Assembly: GCA_964016885.1 (NCBI GenBank) | Contig: OZ024763.1 | Location: 12,648,001 to 12,712,000 of the forward strand | Origin: Eledone cirrhosa | Lineage: Eukaryota | Reading direction: 5' to 3' | Length of the DNA: 64,000 nucleotides | In this document: positions 51,821 to 64,000 of the stretch, in pieces | Layout: every line of letters begins with the position of its first letter | Position numbering within the stretch: the stretch's first letter is position 1 | The notes under the pieces: generated by a model | What the model was told of the DNA's origin: nothing | Databases searched by the model: none | What the model saw: only the letters and a program-made list of their open reading frames with translations | Program-made: the position numbers and the translations under genes

Positions 51821-53598
51821 AGTATATAGGTTTATTTAGATAAATGGATTCTTTGCTAAATGCATAGATGAATAGATAGACAGATAGTGACAGACCAAAA
51901 CACTGAGAAAGAAAGAGAGGGGGAAGTAGAGAGAGAGAGAGATAGAGAGAGACAGAGAGAGAGACGAGGGGGTCAGAGAGCGATAGACAAGGACGGAGGG
52001 GGGGGACAGAGAGCGATAGACAGGGAGAAAGGGGGGGGGGCAGAGAGCGATAGACAGGGAGAAGGGGGGGGGGCAGAGAGCGATAGACAGGGAGAAGGGG
52101 GAGGGGGACAGATAAAGTAAAGAAATAAAGACATAAACAAAGGGGAAAACACAGAAATAACCCCTTAAAACGGTTGAAATTGTTTCAGGTTATATCTTGA
52201 AGTAGATTTACAGAAAAACTATTTTGTCTTCCGCTTCCTTTGGCTTTCCTTCCTTCCTTCCTTCCTTCTTCTCTTCCAGCCCATCCTTGCTTTCTTTCCT
52301 TTCTTCCTTTCCTTCATCTTCTACCCCCTCCTTCCTTTTTTCCTTCCTTCCTTTCCTTCATCTTCTACCCCCTCCTTCCTTCCTTCCTTGCTTTCCTTCC
52401 TCTACACACCACCGCCTCCCTCTCCTCTACCCACCACCACCACCACCACGGTATCCTCTCTTCCTCTACCCACCACCACCACCACCACCACCGTAATAGA
52501 GTTGTAGGCTCCATCAGGCGCAATACTAGTTTCCTTGCTGTGTCTTCACTTCTTCTAAACCTATATAGCATGTGAGGTGGGGTGGGAGTGGACGGTGGGT
52601 GGGGTGGACGGTGAGGTGGTGGTGAGGTGGTGGTGGATGGTGAGGTGGTGGTGGACGGTGGGGTGGGGTGGATGGTGAGGTGGTGGTGGACGGTGAGGTG
52701 GGGGGAGGACGGTGGGGTGGGGTGGACGGTGGGGTGGATGGTGAGGTGGTGGTGGATGGTGAGGTGGTGGTGGACGGTGAGGTGGTGGTGGACGGTGGGG
52801 TGGGGTGGATTGTGAGGTGGTGGTGGACGGTGAGGTGGGGGGAGGACGGTGAGGTGGTGGTGGACGGTGAGGTGGAGGGAGGACGGTGAGGTGGTGGTGG
52901 ACGGTGAGGTGGTGGTGGACGGTGAGGTGGTACTGCAACGTTGATGGAAGTGGCGAGAGGAATGGAGAAAGAAAAAAGGTAAGGAATATATATATATATA
53001 TATATATACATACACACATGTGAGAGATACATGGACACAAACAGGTGCACATACACACATACACACATAGAGACATACACGCATACATAGGTACATACAC
53101 ACATGTATACAAACATACATACACACACACAGGCACACATACACATAGACACACACACACACACACACCTAGATACATACACTAAATAGCAAGATTTCTA
53201 TCTCTCTCTATTGAATGTATTTCAAACAATATCGTAGTCGCTGACAACAGCCATCTTGTTTCCATCTATTTTACTGTTTCGTGTGGAATAAAGGAATAGA
53301 CGAATCGTTTAGTGCCATAGAATAAGAATATTTGATTAGGTGTTCGGGAATTAGATGCAGTTACGAGGTATAGAGAATACAACAGTACATGATAGATTTA
53401 CAGATTAGCAGATTAATAGAGAGAGAGAAAGAAAGAGAGTGTGTTTGTGTATGGTGTGTGAGTACGTGTGTGCATATATATATATGATTCCAGTTCCTCA
53501 GTGAAATAACAACCCAACCAGGAACTGGGCATATCAGAGTATTGACAAAGTTATACACCTCAACAACATATGTACTTGTCTATACCGCATTAATTCGG

Positions 53599-53652
53599 AC
53601 TGCCTGAAGAGGTCACAGCCAAAGATGGCTGTACCGAAATATATATAGCAGT
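53599..53652 (+). ncRNA. Type I hammerhead ribozyme, intact core
   Basis: ACTGC CTGAAGA GGT-C-ACAGCCA-AAGA-TGGCTGT-ACC GAAAT ATAT ATA GCAGT; perfect stem I and palindromic loop 3. Confidence 0.85.
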
Positions 53653-53749
53653 AATAAACGAAGCTAAATTTTAAACATTTGACTTATTTATTTTACTTTA
53701 TATATATATATTGGATTGGACACTACCGTAAACTCTTGGTAGATTTATC

Positions 53750-53801
<52 letters not shown>

Positions 53802-54023
53802 ATATATATATATATATAACGTTTCTGAATTTGTTTTGCAAGATTCTTTATCTGAAAACGTGTGTTGAAACCGATATTGTTATACTTTGGGAGGGTCATG
53901 TTGCCAATAAGAAACACACGCACCAGTTGCTTTCACTTCAATTTATTATAATAAATTTATAAATTTAGGAATTTATAAATTTCTGGTTGGTTGGTTCCAC
54001 AACCAGATGATTGTTTATATAAT

Positions 54024-54066
54024 GTCAAAGTTCTTTCGTCACACATTATGTGACCTCTTCAGTAAC
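54024..54066 (-). ncRNA. Minimal hammerhead ribozyme, intact core
   Basis: Minus strand reads GTTA CTGAAGA G GTCACA-TAATG-TGTGAC GAAAG AA CTT TGAC. A decayed homolog lies on + at ~49617-49655. Confidence 0.75.
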
Positions 54067-54390
54067 TGGGGAATCTTTTCTTTGTTTTTCTGCCTCTCCT
54101 TTGTTCTGTCCTACGCCATCTTATATATATATATATAAATCAAAAATGGCGAGCTGTGTTGTTGCAAATAAGTATAATGAAAAATGAAAAATTAGAAATA
54201 GAAGTTAGGACTATCCATCATCAGTTGTCTACCAGGCATCATAGGTATTTCTTCGCGTCAGAGACAATATAGCTCCGCCTAAGGGAGATTCAATAACTAA
54301 AGTAACTCACTCGATATGCAAATTAGGCTGCTCAGCCGTTAATATGCATAAGGAAAGTTTATACTTTCAGACGTTCAACCATCTGGCAGG

Positions 54391-54445
54391 AAGGTATACG
54401 TTGCTGACGATAGCTAATAAGCTTGAAACTAGTACAGCGTTCCTT
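54391..54445 (+). ncRNA. Minimal hammerhead ribozyme, intact core
   Basis: AAGG..ACGTTG CTGACGA TAGCT-AATA-AGCTT GAAAC TA GTA CAGCGT..CCTT. Confidence 0.8.
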
Positions 54446-54980
54446 TGTCAGGGTTGAACAAATGAGCAACGATGGTTGCTAGACACTGTACGGCTTAATT
54501 CGGGATGTTTGTTTACAAACACACCGAGCATTATAATAAATGTTCGGTGAATCCATACGTACATATATATATATATGTGTGCATGTATGTATATATATAC
54601 ATATATATATATACTACTATACGTCTGTATACATATATGTATGTACGTATACATACTTATATTTTGACGAGGAGAAAAAGACACGACTTGACCGTACGGG
54701 TGTGAGCGAGAAGAAAGAACGCATACAGCGCTGAACATGGAGGAAGTGAGAGAGAGGGTGAGTGAGTGAAAGTGCGAGGAAGAGGCTAGCCGAGAGAGTG
54801 TGACTAGCAGAGAGGGTGAGTGAAAGTAAGAGGGAGAAGGAGAGAGAAAAGGGGGAGAGAAAGAGGTTAGCAGCAAGGGAAGAGAAAAAGGACAGGTCAC
54901 GGCAAAGGGGGAAGAATATATGAATAAAAAATGGTGAGCTGTGTGTTGCAAATAAGTATAATGAAAAATTAAAATTAAAA

Positions 54981-55029
<49 letters not shown>

Positions 55030-55034
<5 letters not shown>

Positions 55035-55129
55035 CGCCCCAAAAAGGTATACACACTTTAACAGCATTCTAATAAATATTAACTGTACAGGTAATCAAAG
55101 TGTGTATACATTTTTGGAGGGACACCCTG
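55030..55129. mobile_element. Tc1/mariner-type MITE with TA flanks
   Basis: TIRs AGGGCGCCCCAAAAAGGTATACACACTTT / AAAGTGTGTATACATTTTTGGAGGGACACCCTG|TA. Confidence 0.75.
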
Positions 55130-55271
55130 TATATACAAACAACCACCACCACCACCACCAGAAAACCCTCCACTATGCAACAATGTTTTTCCAGGTTACA
55201 TCAGGAACTACCACTGCTCAACAGTTTCTACACTAGATGTTGACCTTTATTGGAGGGAGAGTGGGGGGCAC

Positions 55272-55838
55272 TTAGTGTTGTTATTGTTGTGGTAGTGGTA
55301 CTAGTGTTGGTGGTGGTTGTGGTGGTGGTACTAGTGTTGGTGTTATTGTTGTGGTGGTGGTACTAGTGTTGGTGTTATTGTTGTGGTGGTGGTGCTAGTG
55401 TTGGTGTTATTGTTGTGGTGGTGGTACTAGTGTTGGTGGTGGTACTAGTGTTGGTGTTATTGTTGTGGTGGTGGTGCTAGTGTTGGTGTTATTGTTGTGG
55501 TGGTGGTACTAATGTTGGTGTTATTGTTGTGGTGGTGGTGCTAGTGTTGGTGTTATTGTTGTGGTGCTGGTACTAATGTTGGTGTTATTGTTGTGGTGGT
55601 GGTGCTAGTGTTGGTGTTATTGTTGTGGTGCTGGTACTAGTGTTGGTGTTATTGTTGTGGTGGTGGTGCTAGTGTTGGTGTTATTGTTGTGGTGGTGGTG
55701 CTAGTGTTGGTGTTATTGTTGTGGTGGTGGTACTAGTGTTGGTGTTATTGTTGTGGTGGTGGTACTAGTGTTGGTGTTATTGTTGTGGTGGTGGTGCTAG
55801 TGTTGGTGTTATTGTTGTGGTGCTGGTACTAGTGTTAT
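55272..55838. repeat. 32-bp minisatellite (TACTAGTGTTGGTGTTATTGTTGTGGTGGTGG)n
   Basis: About 17 units. Confidence 0.9.
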
Positions 55839-56430
55839 TTTTGTTGTAGTTGTTGGTTGTTTGGGGTAGTGTTGTTGGTGTGGTTTTATTGTTGGTGGTG
55901 ATGGTGGTAGAGGTGGTAGTGGAGGTGGTGTATGGTGAATGCGGTGGCGGCAGATTCACGTGTGGTAGTGGAGGTGATGGCGGTTGAGGGGGTGGAGGTG
56001 GTGATGGTGAGATAATATAAAGTAGAGCCCAACCATCAAAGAGTGTAACTGAACTCAACAAACCAATTTCATGCCATCTTTCCCAAAAAAACATTCCTGT
56101 CTTTTACAAAAACATCAACAAACACATCAAACAATTTCTTTGGTTTCGTGTTGTTGTTGTTGTTGTAATTATTGTTGTTGTAATTATTATTGATGATGTA
56201 ATTATTGTTGTTGTTCTTGTTGCTGTTTCTCACCAAGTGCCCCACAACAAAACCAGAACGAAACAACTTCCACAACAACAACAGCAATCATAACATCAAC
56301 AACTGCTACTACAAATCTCACGATAACAATAACAACAAGATTCACGACACAGAAAATAAAACAACAACACTAATCACAACATAAGGAAATACAACCACAA
56401 CGACTACAACAACTGCAACGACAAAGCTAG

Positions 56431-56640
56431 GAATTAAAAGATAAATGAATCCTCCCAGATAATAAAATGGAGGATCCTAGGTGTGTCCAGACCATACATC
56501 AATAGAACAAAGAGATCTCTCTGTACCAGAGAAACAATTATTATTCTACATGGTTTGAACTTATCGAACAAATACTTGAACTCAAAGAAGGAGGTTTTTT
56601 TATAGGATGCTTACACATCAAGAAACAATATTTTATATTA
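56431..56640 (+). pseudogene. Penelope-like GIY-YIG endonuclease C-terminal remnant
   Basis: ELKDK / IIKWRILGVSRPYINRTKRSLCTRETIIILHGLNLSNKYLNSKKEVF / CLH, with frameshifts. Confidence 0.7.
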
Positions 56641-57097
56641 TGGAAAAATTACAGCCCGGACATCCTTTATCACAAACAGGCGTGCTACATCCGCCATAAC
56701 TTCAACAGGCAAACACACTATTCTGCATGTCACTTTTTATCCATAACTTACACCACACAATTGACTTAAATTATTAACTACAAACCGAACACACATACAC
56801 GGAAACACACACATCACAGCCTTTCAAATTATTGAACAAAACACGCCTTTTTTCTTTTCAGAAAATAGATCAACATGTTTCGTGTTATGCCCCTTTTCCA
56901 TACGTGACTTCAATACGATATCTCATTCAGACATTCACTGTGCATCTAATGAATCAGACGTACATGCTGCACCGCTGATTCATGCAATCTGCACCATTGT
57001 GTAAAGTCTGCAGTTGCTACTACCCCCATACCGAAAGTAACATAACGGTAAATGCATGAATCATTATATATATAAAATCCTTATATATATATATACA

Positions 57098-57258
57098 CAG
57101 GGTATTCAAAAAAAGGTATAAACACTTTGACATATATATATAAGTGTTTATACATTTTTGGGGACACCCTCTATATATATATAGGGTGTCCCAAAAAATG
57201 TATAAACACTTCGATTAGAATGCTGTTGAAGTATGTATACATTTTTTGGGACTCCCTG
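57098..57258. mobile_element. Two adjacent copies of the same Tc1/mariner MITE (57098-57171, 57182-57258)
   Basis: TIR CAGGGTGTCCCAAAAAATGTATAAACACTT; internal sequence shared with the 55030 copy in inverse orientation. Confidence 0.75.
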
Positions 57259-57397
57259 TGTGTGTGTGTGTGTGCGTGTGCGTGTGCGTGTGCGCGCGTG
57301 CGTGTGCGTGTGCGTGTGCGTGTGTGTGCGTGCGTGCGTGCGTGCGTGCGCGCGCGTGTGTGTCGTAGTGAAAAGCGAAGCATTGTGGGATATGTAA

Positions 57398-57534
57398 AAA
57401 TTGATTTATAAGTTTCAAAATGGCGGTTGAATGCGGTAGAAATATATAAAGGGCAAACGATGACAAATATAGCATTACTCATTCACCTTTTATATTTCTA
57501 CCGCATTCTACCGGTGTTTTAAAACTTATAAGTC

Positions 57535-57539
<5 letters not shown>
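57398..57539. mobile_element. Imperfect palindromic MITE-like element
   Basis: TTATAAGTTTCAAAA..GAATGCGGTAGAAATATA vs TATATTTCTACCGCATTC..TTTTAAAACTTATAA. Confidence 0.6.
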
Positions 57540-57582
<43 letters not shown>

Positions 57583-57591
57583 ACTTTCAAA

Positions 57592-57685
57592 GTTAACTTT
57601 GCCTTTAATCCTTACGGGGTCGATAAAATAAAGTACCAGTAATGTACTGGATAATTGCTGGCCTTGTGCCTAAAGTAAAAACAAT
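57592..57685 (+). mobile_element. SINE family 1, 3' half, with TSD-like flanks ATTATTACTTTCAAAGT
   Basis: Core present; the flanking direct repeat occurs at ~57577 and ~57684. Confidence 0.8.
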
Positions 57686-57993
57686 TATTACTTTCAAAGT
57701 AAAGGGTGTCATGAGTGATACAAAATCAAACATATATATTGTCTCTAAAAACAGCTCAAGATAGAATTCAGAGAATAAAATCGAGCCTTAATCATTATAA
57801 GAAATTGGTTTAAATATATTCATACCCAGATAAGTGTACACTAAGACATATCAAAACATAGAACTACAGACAATCTACACTGAAAGTAAGACGACATAAT
57901 TCGTTGAGTATCTTATTAAATTTATTTAAAAAATTAAAAGAAAATACCTGATAACGATCAAATATATTTTCCTCGTATGTATTCTCCACAAAA

Positions 57994-58053
57994 TCAGAAT
58001 ACATTTCACCGAATAATGAAGAAATTAGATATTTTGAAACGGATCATCAGTGA
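57994..58053 (-). ncRNA. Near-intact hammerhead motif
   Basis: Minus strand reads TCA CTGATGA TCCG..CGGT GAAAT GT ATT CTGA; the register at the cleavage site is imperfect. Confidence 0.5.
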
Positions 58054-58186
58054 GGGAATTTCAAAATCATCTAATCTCACTCAATGCAGGGTTGAAAGTG
58101 GCTAAACGCACGTGGTATCAACACATGAATTTTAGCACTCGAAACGACATGAAGGGTTCTCGTTCGCTAGAAATAGCAGTCTCTAG

Positions 58187-58254
<68 letters not shown>

Positions 58255-58563
58255 AAGTTAATGAAATATATTCATACACACATAAGCGTGCTCTAAGATA
58301 TATCAAAGCTTAAAGACTAGAGACAATCTGAAGATTACTTAATTCGTAGAGTATATTTCATATAACGTATATATATAAATATATATAACGTATATATATA
58401 AATATATATAACGTATATATATAAATATATATAACGTATATATATAAATATATATAACGTATATATATAAATATATATAACGTATATATATAAATATATA
58501 TAACGTGTATATATACATATAACGCATATAATAAAATATATATATAATACGTCTATATAATAC

Positions 58564-58600
<37 letters not shown>

Positions 58601-58637
58601 TATAAAACGTATTATATATAATACGTCTATATAATAC

Positions 58638-58692
<55 letters not shown>

Positions 58693-58786
58693 TATGAAAC
58701 GTATTATATATCTGCTACTAAGATTAAGTTTATTTTCCATCTAAGTATCTCTGGTTGGTGCAATTTGATATTATACATACACACAC

Positions 58787-58789
<3 letters not shown>

Positions 58790-58837
<48 letters not shown>

Positions 58838-59128
58838 TACATACATACATACATATATATACATACATCCATCCATATATATACATACATATACATACAT
58901 ATATACATACATACACATACATATACATATATACATACATATACACACACATATATACACATACATATACATATATACACATACATATATACTTATATAT
59001 ATACATACATATATACATATATACACATACATATACACATATATATACATACATATATACATACCTATATATACATATATACATATATATACATATATAC
59101 ATACATGTAAATATATATACATATATAC

Positions 59129-59159
<31 letters not shown>

Positions 59160-59214
59160 CATATATATATATACATATATATATATACATATACATATAT
59201 ATATACATATATAC

Positions 59215-59245
<31 letters not shown>

Positions 59246-59292
59246 CATATATACATATATATATATATACATATATACATATATATATATAC

Positions 59293-59323
<31 letters not shown>

Positions 59324-60918
59324 CATATATACATATATATATATATACATATATACATATATATATATATACATATATACATATATATATATACATATAC
59401 ATATATATATATACATATACATATATATATACATATATATATACATATATATATACATATATATATATATACATATATATATACATATATATATATATAC
59501 ATATATATATACATATATATATATATACATATATATATACATATATATATACATATATATATACATATATATATACATATATATATACATATATATATAC
59601 ATATATATATACATATATATATACATATATATATACATATATATATACATATATATATACATATATATATACATATATATATACATATATATATACATAT
59701 ATATATACATATATATATACATATATATATACATATATATATACATATATATATACATATATATATACATATATATATACATATATATATACATATATAT
59801 ACACATATATATATACATATATATATATACATATACATACATATATATATATACATATACATACATATATATATATACATATACATATATATACATATAT
59901 ATACATATATATATATACATATATATATATACATAAATATATATACATATATATATATACATATATATATATACATATATATATATACATATATATATAT
60001 ACATATATATATACATATATATATATACATATATATATATACATATATATATATACATATATATATATACATATATATACATATATATATATACATATAT
60101 ATATATACATATATATATATACATATATATATATACATATATATATATACATATATATATATACATATATATATATACATATATATACATATATATATAT
60201 ACATATATATATATACATATATATATATACATATATATATACATATATATATACATATATATATACATATATATATATATATACATATATATATACATAT
60301 ATATATACATATATATATACATATATATACATATATATATACATATATATATACATATATATATACATATATATATACATATATATATACATATATATAT
60401 ATACATATATATATACATATATATATACATATATATATATACATATATATATACATATATATATATACATATATATACATATATATATACATATATATAC
60501 ATATATATATATACATATATATATATACATATATATACATATATATATATACATATATATATATACATATATATATATACATATATATATATACATATAT
60601 ATATATACATATATATATATACATATATATATACATATATATATATACATATATATATATACATATATATATATACATATATATATATACATATATATAT
60701 ACATATATATATATACATATATATATACATATATATATACATATATATATACATATATATATACATATATATATACATATATATATACATATATATATAC
60801 ATATATATATACATATATATACATATATATATACATATATATATACATATATATATACATATATATATACATATATATATACATATATATATACATATAT
60901 ATATACATATATATATAC

Positions 60919-60963
<45 letters not shown>

Positions 60964-61088
60964 TATACATATATATACACATATATATATACATATATAT
61001 ATACATATATATATACATATATATATACATATATATATATATACATATATATACATATATATATACATATATATATACATATATATAC

Positions 61089-61126
<38 letters not shown>

Positions 61127-61165
61127 ATATACATATATATATATACATATATACATATATATACA

Positions 61166-61203
<38 letters not shown>

Positions 61204-61204
61204 C

Positions 61205-61257
<53 letters not shown>

Positions 61258-61759
61258 CATATATATATATATACATATATATATACATATATATACATAT
61301 ATATATACATATATATATACATATACATATACATATACATATATATACATATATATACATATATATATACATATATATATACATATATATATACATATAT
61401 ATATACATATATATATACATATATATATACATATATATATACATATATATATATATACATATATATATACATATATATACATATATATATACATATATAT
61501 ACATATATATATACATATATATATACATATATATATACATATATATATACATATATATATACATATATATATACATATATATATACATATATATATACAT
61601 ATATATACATATATATATACATATATATATACATATATATATACATATATATATACATATATATATACATATATATACATATATATATACATATATATAT
61701 ACATATATATATACATATATATATACATATATATATATATATACATATATATATACATA

Positions 61760-61800
<41 letters not shown>

Positions 61801-61923
61801 ATATATATACATATATACATATATATATATATATACATATATATACATATATATATACATATATATATACATATATATACATATATATATACATATATAT
61901 ACATATATATACATATATATACA

Positions 61924-61961
<38 letters not shown>

Positions 61962-61973
61962 CATATATATACA

Positions 61974-62009
<36 letters not shown>

Positions 62010-62082
62010 CATATATATACATATATACATATATATACATATATACATATATATACATATATATATATATACATATATATAC

Positions 62083-62135
<53 letters not shown>

Positions 62136-62190
62136 CATATATATACATATATACATATATATATATATATACATATATACATATATATAC

Positions 62191-62239
<49 letters not shown>

Positions 62240-62308
62240 CATATATATACATATATATACATATATATACATATATATACATATATATACATATATATAC
62301 ATATATAT

Positions 62309-62341
<33 letters not shown>

Positions 62342-62494
62342 TATATATATACATATACATATATATACATATATATATACATATACATATATATACATAT
62401 ATATACATATATACATATATATACATATATATATATATATATACATATATATACATATATATACATATATATACATATATATATATATATATAC

Positions 62495-62525
<31 letters not shown>

Positions 62526-62554
62526 CATATATATACATATATATATATATATAC

Positions 62555-62585
<31 letters not shown>

Positions 62586-62596
62586 CATATATATAC

Positions 62597-62633
<37 letters not shown>

Positions 62634-62753
62634 CATATATATACATATATATACATATATATACATATATATATATATATACATATATATACATATATAT
62701 ATATATATATACATATATATACATATATATATATATATATACATATATATACA

Positions 62754-62791
<38 letters not shown>

Positions 62792-62802
62792 CATATATAT
62801 AC

Positions 62803-62869
<67 letters not shown>

Positions 62870-62874
62870 TATAC

Positions 62875-62967
<93 letters not shown>

Positions 62968-63006
62968 CATATATATACATATATATATATATATACATAT
63001 ATATAC

Positions 63007-63043
<37 letters not shown>

Positions 63044-63129
63044 CATATATATACATATATATACATATACATATATATATATATATACATATATATATAC
63101 ATATATATATATATATACATATATATACA

Positions 63130-63185
<56 letters not shown>

Positions 63186-63422
63186 CATATATATACATAT
63201 ATATATATATATACATATATATACATATATATATATATATATACATATATATACATATATATATATATATACATATATATACATATATATATATATATAC
63301 ATATATATACATATATATATATATACATATATATACATATATATATACATATATATACATATACATACATATATATACATACATATACATATATACATAT
63401 ATATATACATACATATATATAC

Positions 63423-63467
<45 letters not shown>

Positions 63468-63668
63468 CATATATATATACATATATACATACATATACAT
63501 ATATACATATATATATATATATACATATATATATACATATATATATATATATACATATATATATACATATATACATACATATACATATATACATATATAT
63601 ACATATATACATACATATACATATATACATACATATACATATATACATACATATACATATATACATAC

Positions 63669-63705
<37 letters not shown>

Positions 63706-63904
63706 CATATATATGTATATATATACATATATATATATATATACATACATATATATGTATATATATACATATATATATATATATACATACATATATACAT
63801 ATATATACATACATATATACATATATATACATACATATATATGTATATATATACATATATATATATATACATATATATACACACATATATATGTATATAT
63901 ATAC

Positions 63905-63949
<45 letters not shown>

Positions 63950-64000
63950 TATACACACATACATATATATACACACATATATACATATATATACACATAT
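58790..64000. repeat. Very long (TA)nCA microsatellite array (>5.2 kb, runs off the window)
   Basis: Units of (TA)2-8 interrupted by CA. Confidence 0.98.

Noticed and set aside
52493-52562. Possible minus-strand exon FRRSEDTARKLVLRLMEPTTLL
   Set aside because: Weak donor (GTGGTG), poor pyrimidine tract and no recognisable homology.
58704-63998. 1600-1760 aa ORFs and the many other YI/HT/CV-rich ORFs
   Set aside because: These are translations of stop-free microsatellites, open in several frames, with no protein-like complexity.

Overview
This is eukaryotic, AT-rich DNA dominated by microsatellites. Its SINE and LINE content resembles a coleoid cephalopod, probably an octopus (inferred from recalled repeat families, no search run). 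I cannot recognise an intact host protein-coding gene, and nearly all listed ORFs are translations of simple repeats. The window contains about 15 copies of a tRNA-derived SINE with a Meta-domain-like core and two further SINE families. It also holds a 5'-truncated R4/Dong-clade retrotransposon in (TACA)n, three Penelope-like element (PLE) coding remnants, a probable L1/Tx1 fragment, Tc1/mariner MITEs, Helitron-like elements and several mini/satellites. A ~6.35 kb duplication across the N gap is probably an assembly overlap. The main hidden signal is a dense set of about 15 sequence-unrelated type I hammerhead ribozyme (HHR) motifs, intact or decayed, in short cassettes within or beside (TA)n arrays. 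Some form fold-back palindromes, and one subfamily has an expanded stem II with a shared GATCGAACCT motif. All folds and alignments were done by eye.
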